In this document: piece after piece, positions 9,042 through 18,941 of the stretch | Numbering within the stretch: position 1 is the first letter of the stretch | Layout: each line of letters opens with the position of its first letter | Source: Desulfobacterales bacterium | GTDB taxonomy: Bacteria > Desulfobacterota > Desulfobacteria > Desulfobacterales > UBA5616 | Length of the DNA: 64,000 nt | Direction: 5' to 3' | Assembly (NCBI GenBank): GCA_046483495.1 | Contig: JAWODC010000067.1 | Coordinates: forward strand, 96,001 to 160,000 | Position numbers and translations under genes: made by a program | The notes under the pieces: model-generated | The model's input: only the letters and a program-made list of their open reading frames with translations | Told to the model about the DNA's origin: nothing | Database searches by the model: none

Positions 9042-10058
9042 TTACCTGAGCATCTCGAGAGCGAGCTTAGCCAGCCGGAGCAGCCGGTTTTTGAAGAAAA
9101 CGGGATCGATATCGCCGGTGTCTCCCATAACGCCTTCCACATACCGGCGATAAACGCCCTGGCTGATGGCGGCCAGACGCCAATAGGAAAGCGCCCGATA
9201 ATAATTGATGCCTCCGAGATTCCTGCCGGTGGTCTTTTCATAGTAATCGGTCAATTCATCCCGGGAGGGAAATCCACCCACGGCGGTAGGTGCGCCGTCG
9301 CCCTTGCCCAGTTCCACTTCATCGGCCGTATACCACCAGTTCAACAGGTACCCTACATCCGCCAGAGGATCTCCCAGGGTGCATAGCTCCCAATCGAGGA
9401 TAGCGGCGATTCGGTAATCCTTTACAATGAAATTGCCGATGCGGTAATCACCGTGGGCGATGACGGCGCCGATCTGTTCCGGCATGTTTTCCTTGAGAAG
9501 TCTCCCGACTTCATCCATTTCCGGTACTTCTTCGGTTTTTGATTTTTCCCACTGCTTGGTCCACCGGTGAACCTGACGCGCAACGTAGTCTTCTTTTTTG
9601 CCCAGATCACCGAGCCCCACATCATCCGGGTTGACCCTGTGCAGTTTAACCAGGTTTTCAATAACGTCGAACCCCAGTTCCCGGCGCCGGTTCTCGGGAA
9701 TGTCCACGGCATCGATGGAATCCGCATAAACACGCCCCTCGACAAATTTCATCACATAAAAATCGGCTCCGTTTACATCCTTATCCGTGCAGAGGCCGAG
9801 CGCGGGCGCCACCGGTATATCCGTCGGCCCCAGGGAAGAAATGATTTTGTGTTCACGACCCATGTCGTGGGCGCTTTCCAATACATGCCCTAAAGGCGGA
9901 CGCCGCAACACATAACCCTTTTGATCGGCGTCCATTACTTTGTAGGTGATATTTGAGCGGCCACCCGCGATCATCTCGAACGAAAGCGGCGCGACGACGC
10001 CGGGAATATGTTCCAAAAACCACTGAGTCACATTTTCTGCATGGATTCCCTCAACCAT
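9042..10058 (-). CDS. APH-family phosphotransferase (ACAD10/11 N-terminal-like)
   Basis: GGRSNITY, VLRRPPLG...SAHDMGRE, HGDYRIGN, LDWELCTLGDPLAD; ATG 10058 with RBS GAGGAGG. Confidence 0.92.
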   Translation of the reverse strand: MVEGIHAENVTQWFLEHIPGVVAPLSFEMIAGGRSNITYKVMDADQKGYVLRRPPLGHVLESAHDMGREHKIISSLGPTDIPVAPALGLCTDKDVNGADFYVMKFVEGRVYADSIDAVDIPENRRRELGFDVIENLVKLHRVNPDDVGLGDLGKKEDYVARQVHRWTKQWEKSKTEEVPEMDEVGRLLKENMPEQIGAVIAHGDYRIGNFIVKDYRIAAILDWELCTLGDPLADVGYLLNWWYTADEVELGKGDGAPTAVGGFPSRDELTDYYEKTTGRNLGGINYYRALSYWRLAAISQGVYRRYVEGVMGDTGDIDPVFFKNRLLRLAKLALEMLR

Positions 10059-10092
10059 TGTAGCCCTCCTCGGTATGCATACGTTATTGAAC

Positions 10093-10239
10093 TGGTGCCC
10101 ATCCAGAAATGGCTGATTCACTTCATTTCTTGGTCGGCCGGGAAATTTTAATCCTCAAAATACGTTAAGTATTCTCACGGTTACAATTTCCCGGCCGCCT
10201 TGAGCTGGAGCGAATTTTCTCATTTCCGGATGAACACTA
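10093..10239 (+). repeat. ~146 bp MITE/REP-like element, copy 2
   Basis: Ends TGGTGCCCATCCAGAAATG / CATTTCCGGATGAACACTA; stem GGCCGGGAAATT...AATTTCCCGGCC; core ATCCTCAAAATA. Confidence 0.85.
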
Positions 10240-10449
10240 ACCGGTTCATCCTGCCACGCTGCCGGTACACCATCCTTACTGATTAAATGCACGCCCGTCA
10301 ATATGTATGCCAATAAACCGGAATCCTTATCCATATAAAAATCAGTGCCGGTTTAAAAAAAATGGCGTGCTTTTCATCAATCGATGCTTCCGATGCCGAA
10401 CCCGATCCTCATGGTGCAGCCTTCGGGCAATCATGCCGCCGATCGATGT

Positions 10450-11811
10450 TTATTGTTTTTTTCGGACGTGGGCCGGTGCAACCCGGTTCGGGTCTTGAAA
10501 GTACTCCCGGGTGGAACGAACAACAACAGGGCTCAACAGAATGAGGCCGACCAGGTTCGGCCAGGCCATCAGGGCGTTGAAGATATCGGAGATCGTCCAT
10601 ACCAGTTCCAGCTTAATGGCGGCCCCGACCGGCAAAAGCGTGCAGTAGAGCACCCGGTAAGGGGAAACCCATTTCTCTCCGAACAAGTAATCGACGCACC
10701 GGTCTCCGTAGTATGACCAGCTTACGGCTGTTGAGAAAGCGAATAGCATAATGCCGAAGGCCACCGTATATCCGCCGAAAATGCCGAGCCCCAGATCGAA
10801 ACCTCTGGCCGTGAGTTCGGTTCCGGTAAGGCCTGAATCATAGGCGCCGGTGGAGATGATGACAAGGCCCGTCATGGTGCAAATCGTCAGTGTGTCGATA
10901 AAAGGCCCCAGCATGGCAACGAGGCCCTCCCTTACCGGCTCCTTGGTTTGTGCGGCGCCATGGGCGATAGGGGCGCTTCCCAACCCCGCTTCATTTGAAA
11001 ACAGGCCCCGGGCAATGCCGAACCGGATGGCCTGGGCTACGCCGGCTCCTGCGAAACCGCCCATGGCCGATGTGCCGGTGAATGCGCCTTCGAAAATAAG
11101 AGAAAAGGCCTGCGGGATGAATTCGATATGGCGGACGATGATGATCATCGCGCCCAACACGTAAAAAAAACACATAAATGGCACGAGTCGGGATGCGACC
11201 CGGCCGATTCTTTTAATTCCGCCGACGATGACGGCAAACACCAGGCCTGCAATAGCAAGGCCGGTGATTATTTTCGGTACGCCGAAATAGGCCTGAACCG
11301 GTTCGGCAACGGAATTCGCCTGGACCATGTTGCCGATGCCGAAAGAGGCTACAATCGCAAAAAATGCAAACAGAACAGCCAACCATTTTTTCCCCAGTCC
11401 GTTTTGCAGATAATACATCGGGCCGCCGCCGACCGTCCCATTTTCGTGGATAGTTCTGAACTTCAGGGACAGGAGACATTCGCCGTATTTCAGACTCATG
11501 CCGAACACGGCCGTCACCCACATCCAAAACAAGGCCCCAGGACCTCCCAGGGCGATTGCAGTTCCGACACCGGCGATATTGCCCGTTCCGATAGTAGCGG
11601 AAAGGGCGGCGCTCAGCGCCTGGAAATGGGTGATTTCCCCTTCGTCCTCCGGATTGTCATATCGCCCGGATATCAGCCCCCAGGCATAGAAAAATTTCCG
11701 AATCTGAATACCCCGAACCATGAGCGTAAGTAAACATCCCGTACCCAGCAGCAAAATTATCGTGACCGGCCCCCAGGCCAGTGCATCGATTTTATTCAAC
11801 CATGCACTCAT
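10450..11811 (-). CDS. Alanine/glycine:cation symporter (AGCS family)
   Basis: ATIGTGNIAGV, GGPGALFWMW, GGPMYY, RGLFSNEAGLGS, MAWPNL. Confidence 0.95.
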   Translation of the reverse strand: MSAWLNKIDALAWGPVTIILLLGTGCLLTLMVRGIQIRKFFYAWGLISGRYDNPEDEGEITHFQALSAALSATIGTGNIAGVGTAIALGGPGALFWMWVTAVFGMSLKYGECLLSLKFRTIHENGTVGGGPMYYLQNGLGKKWLAVLFAFFAIVASFGIGNMVQANSVAEPVQAYFGVPKIITGLAIAGLVFAVIVGGIKRIGRVASRLVPFMCFFYVLGAMIIIVRHIEFIPQAFSLIFEGAFTGTSAMGGFAGAGVAQAIRFGIARGLFSNEAGLGSAPIAHGAAQTKEPVREGLVAMLGPFIDTLTICTMTGLVIISTGAYDSGLTGTELTARGFDLGLGIFGGYTVAFGIMLFAFSTAVSWSYYGDRCVDYLFGEKWVSPYRVLYCTLLPVGAAIKLELVWTISDIFNALMAWPNLVGLILLSPVVVRSTREYFQDPNRVAPAHVRKKQ

Positions 11812-12048
11812 TCATTTCCCCCTTTTCTCGATTAACAGTTGGACGGGTCATTTGAAAGGCAACGGTGGCGGATATTCTTCAAGCACCTGCGGGTCTCAGC
11901 GATATCCGGTATCACGGACATTCAAAGATTGTCAAATCGTAATGCTGAATACCGAATACAGGAATATTTTATACTTGCCTAAACAGGGGGATTGGGTAAT
12001 AAGGGAGGACATCGATGCATACCAACAGGGTTTCGGAAAGGATGATTC

Positions 12049-12246
12049 ATGGTACGACTTGAAATGTTCTTAATCATACCGCAAAAAGGCCGCAGGCGTG
12101 CGATTATGCGGTGTTTGGAAAGGTCGTCAAGGGGCGCGGCGTTTTATAAAATCAAAGCTGTCGACACAGGGGTCAGGGACGGTCACAGCGAGTTTCCCGT
12201 CCAGCCGGTCGACATCATAAACGTGCAGGAAGTGGAAGAAGTCTGA
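12049..12246 (+). pseudogene. Cyclophilin-type peptidyl-prolyl isomerase relic (internal deletion + frameshift)
   Basis: RBS GAAAGGA + MVRLE; then in another frame VLNHTAKRPQACDYAVFGKVVKG (12066-12134); then back in the first frame YKIKAVDTGVRDGHSEFPVQPVDII. These match the N- and C-termini of PpiA/PpiB. Confidence 0.8.
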
Positions 12247-12281
12247 TCGATTTTTTTCAACAGAGAAAGGAGGCTGGTCCT

Positions 12282-13472
12282 ATGCCGTTTGAACCGTCTG
12301 AAAAGCTGCAGGCAATTCTGGATCTGATTAACGAATTCGTGGACAAAGAGCTCATCCCCATGGAGAAGGAAATCGAGGCAAAGGGATTCAACGCCATGGA
12401 AAAAGAGCTGGAAAAAAAGCGGGACATGGTCCGGAAGATGGAACTGTGGGCTCCGCTTCATCCCAAGGCGTATGGCGGCATGGGGCTGCCGCTCATGGAG
12501 ACGGCCATGATTTACGAAGCCCTGGGAAGGACCCCTTTCGGTCTTTATGTATTCGGCTGTCAGGCGCCGGATGCGGGGAATATCGAGATTCTGCACAAAT
12601 TCGGAACACCGGAGCAAAAGGAAAAGTACTGCCGTCCCAATGTGGAGGGGAAAATACGGTCCTGTTTTTCCATGACGGAAGTGGATGTAGCGGGTTCGAA
12701 TCCGACATGGCTGTTGACAACGGCCGTCAAGGACGGGGATGATTATGTCATCAACGGCCACAAGTGGTATACGTCCTGTGCTGATGGTGCCGCCTTCGCC
12801 ATTGTTATGGCCGAAACCAATCCGGAGGCCGAGTCTCCCCATCGCCGGGCCAGCATGATCATTGTCCCTACGAATGCCCCGGGATTCAATCTCGTCCGCA
12901 ATATTTCGGTAATGGGGCATGTCGGCGAGGGGTGGACGAGTCATGGTGAAGTGCTGTACCAGAACTGCCGTGTACCCAGGGAAAACCTGCTCGGCGGTGA
13001 AGGCATGGGGTTCGTGCTCGCCCAGGAGCGGCTGGGCCCGGGCCGCATTCACCATTGCATGCGCTGGATCGGCATCTGCAACCGCTGCTTCGATTTGATG
13101 TGTTCATACGCCAAAAAACGGCGCCGAACGCCCACACAGGTGCTGGCCGATTCAGACATTATCAAAACGTATATCGCCGACAGCGCGGCTGATATTCTGT
13201 CCGCCCGTCTGATGGTGTTGAACACGGCCTGGACGATTGAAAACAAAGGTGTGAAAGCCGCCATGAAGGATATTTCCTTGATAAAGTTCTTTGTCGCCAA
13301 CGTCTTGCAGCGGGTGACCGACCGTGCACTTCAGGTCCACGGCGGGCTCGGCATGTCCGATGATACGCCCATTTCGATGTACTACCGTGAAAATCGTGCA
13401 GCCCGCATATACGACGGGGTGGATGAGGTGCACAAGATCAGCGTGGCCAGAAGAATCTTAAAGGAATACTAA
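12282..13472 (+). CDS. Acyl-CoA dehydrogenase (ACAD10/11 / FadE2 / LvaC-like)
   Basis: CQAPDAGNIEIL, FSMTE, INGHKWY, RLGPGRIHHCMR, RIYDGVDEVH. Confidence 0.92.
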   Translation: MPFEPSEKLQAILDLINEFVDKELIPMEKEIEAKGFNAMEKELEKKRDMVRKMELWAPLHPKAYGGMGLPLMETAMIYEALGRTPFGLYVFGCQAPDAGNIEILHKFGTPEQKEKYCRPNVEGKIRSCFSMTEVDVAGSNPTWLLTTAVKDGDDYVINGHKWYTSCADGAAFAIVMAETNPEAESPHRRASMIIVPTNAPGFNLVRNISVMGHVGEGWTSHGEVLYQNCRVPRENLLGGEGMGFVLAQERLGPGRIHHCMRWIGICNRCFDLMCSYAKKRRRTPTQVLADSDIIKTYIADSAADILSARLMVLNTAWTIENKGVKAAMKDISLIKFFVANVLQRVTDRALQVHGGLGMSDDTPISMYYRENRAARIYDGVDEVHKISVARRILKEY

Positions 13473-13504
13473 AGATACCATAATCACTTCTTCCGGGTTT
13501 CTTT

Positions 13505-14131
13505 ATGAATATCGGACTGATCGGAATACAGGTCGTCGCACTTTTTATGGCGCTGACCTTCCACGAGTTTGCCCACGGGTGGGTCGCCCGGAAGCTGGGT
13601 GACAGAACGGCTGAAGCCCAGGGACGGCTCACTTTGAATCCCATGGCTCATATCGATCCGTTTGGAACAATTCTGGTTCCGGCGGCATTGATCCTGATGC
13701 ATTCCCCGGTCGTTTTTGGATGGGCCAAGCCGGTTCCCATCAATCCGGGAAGCTTTCGGAAGCCCAGAAAAGGGATGATGTGGTCTGCGCTGGGCGGGCC
13801 GGTTATCAACCTGGGCCTTGCCGCCGGATTCGCGGTGCTGTTCAAGACGATGCTGTACTCCGGCATGATGATTAAGCCCGCCCTGATATTTCTGATTGTC
13901 GCTGTTCAGCTCAATGTGTTTCTGGCGATGTTCAACATGATTCCCATTCCGCCCTTGGATGGCGGGAGGGTTCTTGTAGGACTGTTGCCGGCTGAACAGG
14001 CATACGCCTACAGCAAAATAGAACCCTATGGATTCTTGATTGTCCTGGGGCTGATTTATTTTGGTGTTCTGGACCGTTTTTTGTTTTATCCCGTTGTTAT
14101 GATTTTGCGGTTTCTTGGCATCAGCTTATAG
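13505..14131 (+). CDS. Site-2 protease family (peptidase M50)
   Basis: HEFAH, GRLTLNP, GWAKPVP, FNMIPIPPLDG. Confidence 0.93.
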   Translation: MNIGLIGIQVVALFMALTFHEFAHGWVARKLGDRTAEAQGRLTLNPMAHIDPFGTILVPAALILMHSPVVFGWAKPVPINPGSFRKPRKGMMWSALGGPVINLGLAAGFAVLFKTMLYSGMMIKPALIFLIVAVQLNVFLAMFNMIPIPPLDGGRVLVGLLPAEQAYAYSKIEPYGFLIVLGLIYFGVLDRFLFYPVVMILRFLGISL

Positions 14132-14167
14132 CCGAAGCCCATACACGTGATCGAAAGGAATGAAATC

Positions 14168-14839
14168 ATGAATATCATCGAGGCCATTGAAGCGCGAAAA
14201 AGTATTCGAGGTTTTACCTCCCAGCCGGTTTCCAAAGACATTCTGAAAAAGATCCTGGAAACGGCCAACCGGGCGCCATCCGCCATGAATACCCAACCGT
14301 GGGAATTTCTGGTGATGGGTGGTGATGTGCTGGAAAAGGTCAGAAATGCCAATTCCGAGAAACTCAGGTCCGGTGTCGCCCCTCATGGTGAGCATTCAGT
14401 GACCGGATGGTCGAAAGACAGCATCTATCGCACCCGGCAGGTGGAGTTGGCCGTCGAATTATTCAAACTCATGGGTATCGCCAGGGAGGATAAGGAAAAA
14501 CGCCTTCTCTGGATGGAGCGGGGATTCCGCTTTTTCGATGCGCCTTCCGCCATCCTTTTATTGACGGATAAATCCCTTGCTGAAGACACCCCGCTGATCG
14601 ACATCGGTATCGTTATACAAACCATCTGCCTTGCCGCGCTGCATTACAATCTCGGCACCTGCATCGAGGACCAGGGTTGCCTGTATCCGGATTCCTTGAG
14701 AGAAATTGCCGGCATACCGGACAACAAGCGCATCGTCATGGGAATTGCCATTGGGTATCCGGATTGGGAATTTCCGGCGAACGAGATAAAAACGAACCGC
14801 GTATCTGTCGAGGAAAACACGATGTGGCGGGGGTTATGA
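14168..14839 (+). CDS. Nitroreductase family protein
   Basis: RKSIRGF, APSAMNTQPW, IAIGYPD; ATG 14168 with RBS. Confidence 0.9.
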   Translation: MNIIEAIEARKSIRGFTSQPVSKDILKKILETANRAPSAMNTQPWEFLVMGGDVLEKVRNANSEKLRSGVAPHGEHSVTGWSKDSIYRTRQVELAVELFKLMGIAREDKEKRLLWMERGFRFFDAPSAILLLTDKSLAEDTPLIDIGIVIQTICLAALHYNLGTCIEDQGCLYPDSLREIAGIPDNKRIVMGIAIGYPDWEFPANEIKTNRVSVEENTMWRGL

Positions 14840-15994
14840 CCTCAACAGCCATTGCAGATTTCCTTTCTTGAGGTGAATGGCCGCTTCCGGACAGATTTCC
14901 ATGCAGCAAAAGCAGCGGATGCACGTGTCGTAATCGAAGGCGGGCACCTTTTTTTTGGTTGTTTGCGCCCCGATGGCGCCGGCCGGGCATATCGATTTGC
15001 ACTGGTAGCATAATGTACATTCACTTTCGCGGGGAACGGGCTTTTCAATGAACGCCTTTCTAAAGCGATTCGCAATATTCGGATTTCGGAGCAAAATGTT
15101 CCACACATTCTTTTTAACCGGTGATTTGAAATCCCGGACCCTGAGTGCATCGATCGTTTCCCCGACCACGGACAATTCGTCAGCGGACGATATGCCGAAC
15201 GGTCTGGCAAATCCACCGGTGATGGTGTGGACGGCGCGGTAATCCATATCGATGAGACCGGCGGCGGCCAGGTCAAGGGCAATGGGATCGCGGCTGACCA
15301 GAATGGCGCCGACCGGACGGGGTTTTCCGGAGGGTCCCGGACCCTCACCCTCCATGCCGACAATCCCGTCCATGATGTGCAGCATCGGCTTCGGCGGCTG
15401 GAACCCCGCGTACAGGCACGCGTTGAGGTCCAGGAGCAGCTCCGAAAATTCATGTGCGGACGGGGCCCTTAAGTGCCACCTGGATTTGTCCAAACCGGGG
15501 ATCGTTCCTAAAAGATTTTTTACCGCCCCGGTCAAGTAAGTCAGACTGTGGGTTTTGAGTTTGGGGAGATTTAAAATGATATCGGCCCGGCGGAATATGT
15601 CTGAAATGTCAAACCGTCTGAATTTTTGAGGGCTCTCGACGAAAACGGCGGATACTTTGCTGACATCGGCTATGTGTACATCTTCGGCTTCCGTGATGGC
15701 GGTATAGCCAACCGCATGGGCCACTTTGGTCAGCGGTTTGGTGGCGGGATTTTCGGCAAGAATGGGAATACCGCCGTTTTCTTTTACGATCCGCACTGCG
15801 GCATGGAAAAAGGCCGGGTGTGTGGTGACGGCTTTCTCCGGTGCGGCATTGGTCAGCAGGTTCGGCTTTAGGACGACTTTTTTATGGCGAAACGAATCGG
15901 GATCGAATCCAATCCGATCGAAGCCGTCCAGGATTTTTTCCTTGATTAAATCCGGATTGTATTCCATACATTGCAACAAAGCGACGTTTGACAT
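14834..15994 (-). CDS. DUF362 domain protein with C-terminal 2x[4Fe-4S] ferredoxin domain
   Basis: LKPNLL, VTTHP, LPKLKTH...GAVKN, GMEGEGP, CTLCYQCKSICP, CIRCFCCMEICP. Confidence 0.9.
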   Translation of the reverse strand: MSNVALLQCMEYNPDLIKEKILDGFDRIGFDPDSFRHKKVVLKPNLLTNAAPEKAVTTHPAFFHAAVRIVKENGGIPILAENPATKPLTKVAHAVGYTAITEAEDVHIADVSKVSAVFVESPQKFRRFDISDIFRRADIILNLPKLKTHSLTYLTGAVKNLLGTIPGLDKSRWHLRAPSAHEFSELLLDLNACLYAGFQPPKPMLHIMDGIVGMEGEGPGPSGKPRPVGAILVSRDPIALDLAAAGLIDMDYRAVHTITGGFARPFGISSADELSVVGETIDALRVRDFKSPVKKNVWNILLRNPNIANRFRKAFIEKPVPRESECTLCYQCKSICPAGAIGAQTTKKKVPAFDYDTCIRCFCCMEICPEAAIHLKKGNLQWLLRS

Positions 15995-16220
15995 GATGGT
16001 TGCCTCCGCAATTGAAGCACCGGTTTACCATGTGCACTATCCTGGTTTCTCCGCATATCCCGTGCGTGAATATCCTTATTGTTTCCAATCAATAAGAAAT
16101 ATGGGGATAATTCGTCAAGCGAATTTAGCATTGTTTGGGAAAATAGGATAGACGCTGTGCTAAACTCATTTCTCGGCTCCTTAATAATCAAAGACGCCGA
16201 ATGGAAAAGGAGAAGAAAAC

Positions 16221-16877
16221 ATGACCGAAAAAGAAGTGCAATGCTGTTACTGCGCAAAGAAAACCTGTTTTCTGGGGGAACTCAGCAATTCCCCGGAATT
16301 TTGTCCGTCAAAAGTGGCGCCTGAAGCCCTGGCGGAAGCACGGGACAGACTCGATGATCCTGAAATCCGGAAATACGCCCAGGATGTGGCAAAAACATGG
16401 CGGGGTATGGCCGGGAAAAATCGCGTAGAGTTAACCATGGAATACGCCAAAAACAGGGGTTATAAAAAGCTCGGGCTGGCATTTTGCGTGGGATTGTCGA
16501 AGGAGGCCGAACTGCTGGCAAACGCACTGATCAACGGCGGGTTCGAGGTGATTTCGGCAAGCTGCATGTGCGGAGCGCTTTCCTCGGATGATGTGGCGCT
16601 TCCGGAAGAGGACAAGATCGTTTCAGGCAACCGGCAGCCCATGTGCAACCCCATCGGCCAGGCGGCGGTGCTCGATCGAGGCGGAAGTGAACTCAACATT
16701 ATGCTCGGTCTTTGTGTGGGGGACGATGTCCTTTTCATTAAACATTCCAAAGCCCCGGTTACCGTCATCGGCGTAAAGGATTTCGCTCTGGCGCACAATC
16801 CCTTGGGCGCCCTTTATACAGCGGGCGGCCTGTTCTCACGCCTGAACACCCGTAGACCGAAAAAAATAGAAAAGTAG
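16221..16877 (+). CDS. DUF1847 domain protein (Cys-rich, putative metal-binding)
   Basis: KLGLAFCVGL, MCNPIGQA, GLCVGDD, KDFALAHNP. Confidence 0.85.
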   Translation: MTEKEVQCCYCAKKTCFLGELSNSPEFCPSKVAPEALAEARDRLDDPEIRKYAQDVAKTWRGMAGKNRVELTMEYAKNRGYKKLGLAFCVGLSKEAELLANALINGGFEVISASCMCGALSSDDVALPEEDKIVSGNRQPMCNPIGQAAVLDRGGSELNIMLGLCVGDDVLFIKHSKAPVTVIGVKDFALAHNPLGALYTAGGLFSRLNTRRPKKIEK

Positions 16878-16904
16878 AAAAAGGCGGTTTTGAACATGGG
16901 TCTT

Positions 16905-17774
16905 CTATTCCCATGCGGCCTTTATCGGCTTTCGATCGACGGTTTTGAGAAACTTCAGCCGGGGATAGCCTAATACGATAACGCTGTAGACCTTGTTTTC
17001 ACCGGGAAGCCCCAGCGCCTGTTTGACGGCAGGGGAGCTGTTTGCGGAGAAATTCAGCAGTCCGATATAACAGGTGCCCAGCCCCATGGTCATGGCGCCA
17101 AGCACGACGGTGTGAGCGGCGATCACGCAATCGTCCTTGGGCGTACTTGGAGAGGGGGCTGAATGGAACACCATTACCGCCGGTGCCTTGTGGAGAATGG
17201 GATCGATTCCCAGGTCGCGGGCCTGTCCCAGCATCTTGTACCGCCGGGCAAAATCGTTCATAACGGCAAGCTCTTTCGGCGGTTCTTCACCACGCGAGTG
17301 GAAATCGGCCGTTTGCTTTTCGACGTCGGTGATCATTCCCATGAAAAACGCGATCGTCAGATCGGAGAGCTCGGTGATTTTCGCCGGATCGGTGATTACC
17401 TTGATTTCCACCGTCTGCAGGTTGCTGCCGGTGGGGCAGTACCGGCACATCTCGATCAGCTTCTCCATGTCTTGCCTTGGAATCGCCTTTTTTTTATAGC
17501 TTCGGTGGCTTCTTCGACTGCGGACCAGGGTAAAGAACCGGTCCGTATCATAGGATATGTCATCTTCGACCGGAATGAAGTTTTCCATGTCCAAGAGGCT
17601 GTGAGATATCGCACCCGCAGGGCAAAGCGCGACGCAGTGCCCGCAAAGATTGCATGTTTCTTCATTCGCATCGGCTGAGATGTTGTCTTCATCAACAGAA
17701 AATACCCGAAGACAACGGGTGGTGCAGATGCCGCAGGTGTCGCATTTTTCCCGGTCTATCACTATCCAGTTCAT
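16905..17774 (-). CDS. Nitroreductase with N-terminal 2x[4Fe-4S] domain
   Basis: CDTCGICTTRC, CNLCGHCVALCP, RRSHRSY, PTGSNLQ, LGYP. Confidence 0.9.
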   Translation of the reverse strand: MNWIVIDREKCDTCGICTTRCLRVFSVDEDNISADANEETCNLCGHCVALCPAGAISHSLLDMENFIPVEDDISYDTDRFFTLVRSRRSHRSYKKKAIPRQDMEKLIEMCRYCPTGSNLQTVEIKVITDPAKITELSDLTIAFFMGMITDVEKQTADFHSRGEEPPKELAVMNDFARRYKMLGQARDLGIDPILHKAPAVMVFHSAPSPSTPKDDCVIAAHTVVLGAMTMGLGTCYIGLLNFSANSSPAVKQALGLPGENKVYSVIVLGYPRLKFLKTVDRKPIKAAWE

Positions 17775-17783
17775 GTGTTCTCC

Positions 17784-18941
17784 TTAGGTGGTTTTTTTGG
17801 GTCCGAGATATTCGTGGACCTTTTTCAGCCATTCGTTTATCAGAATCTCCTGAGGACATTTTTCAACACATTCCTCGCAGTCCACGCACTTGTCCGCCCA
17901 GTTTTCCTTGGGTATCTGGCGATACCGAAACCTGGCCGTGCGCGGATCATCATATATGAATGCATCATTGTATTTGGCAAAAACATGGGGAATATCCACC
18001 CCGCTGGAGCAGGGCATGCAATAACCGCAATCGGTGCATGGAATGGGGCGGATGCGAAGGTACTCCTCCCGGATGAGGCTTACGGCGGCCTGTTCTTTTT
18101 CCGCCAATACGCCCGATCCCGACGCTTTTGCGCTGGCTACATTCTCGACCACGTGGCTCATTTCCGTCATGCCGCTGAGCACAACCGAAACCTCGGGCTG
18201 ATCCCATAACCACTGCAGGGCGAGGTCGGCCGGCGACCGGGTAATAGCGGCGTCTGCATAAATACGATGAACAGAGGGAGGCGGCTCTTTGCTTAACGCC
18301 CCTCCTCGCAACGGTTCCATGATGACGACGGCCAGACCCCTATCGGCGGCGTACTTGAGCCCTTCAGTCCCGGCCTGGTAATCCGTATCCATGTAATTGT
18401 ACTGGATCTGGCAGAACGTCCAGTCATAGGCATCCACGATCTCCTTGAACAGATCCGGACTATCATGAAATGAAAATCCCAGATGCCCGATACGCCCGTC
18501 GGCAATGGCGCCCCGGGCCCATTTGAAAACATCAAGGTCCAAAAGCTTCGGCCACAGCATTTTGTTCATGCTGTGCAGGAGGTAGAAGTCGATGTGATCG
18601 GTCTTGAGTTTTTCCAACTGTTCGTTCAAATATTTATCAAAGTCTTCGAATTTGGTCATAAACCAGGAGGGCATCTTGGTTGCCAGTTTAACCTTGTCCC
18701 GATACCCATCCTGCAGCGCTTCACCGACCACCTTTTCACTGTTCCCCGCATGATAGGGGTAGGCTGTGTCCACGTAATTGACGCCGTTGTCAATGGCATA
18801 GCGGATCATTCGTATCGTTTCGGGTCTATCGATATCCGGCCCCATGGGGGCGGCTTTTTTTCCGGATACCGGCAGGCGCATGGCCCCAAACCCCAGCGCA
18901 GACCCCTTCCAGTCAAGTTTTCCGAAATTGCGGTATTTCAT
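17784..18941 (-). CDS. Aldo/keto reductase with C-terminal Fe-S domain
   Basis: LGFGAMRLP, YVDTAYPYH, LATKMP, MEPLRGG, CTDCGYCMPC, CVDCEECVEKCPQ; ATG 18941 with RBS GGAGG. Confidence 0.92.
   Translation of the reverse strand: MKYRNFGKLDWKGSALGFGAMRLPVSGKKAAPMGPDIDRPETIRMIRYAIDNGVNYVDTAYPYHAGNSEKVVGEALQDGYRDKVKLATKMPSWFMTKFEDFDKYLNEQLEKLKTDHIDFYLLHSMNKMLWPKLLDLDVFKWARGAIADGRIGHLGFSFHDSPDLFKEIVDAYDWTFCQIQYNYMDTDYQAGTEGLKYAADRGLAVVIMEPLRGGALSKEPPPSVHRIYADAAITRSPADLALQWLWDQPEVSVVLSGMTEMSHVVENVASAKASGSGVLAEKEQAAVSLIREEYLRIRPIPCTDCGYCMPCSSGVDIPHVFAKYNDAFIYDDPRTARFRYRQIPKENWADKCVDCEECVEKCPQEILINEWLKKVHEYLGPKKTT

Noticed and set aside
11812..12040. Glycine riboswitch upstream of the AGCS transporter
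   Set aside because: The minus-strand leader lacks the GGAGA...CCGAAG...CTCTCAGG aptamer motifs.
16124..16163. CIRCE-like TTAGCA...TGCTAA inverted repeat
   Set aside because: The spacing is 27 bp and the inner CTC/GAG bases are missing; it does not fit TTAGCACTC-N9-GAGTGCTAA.
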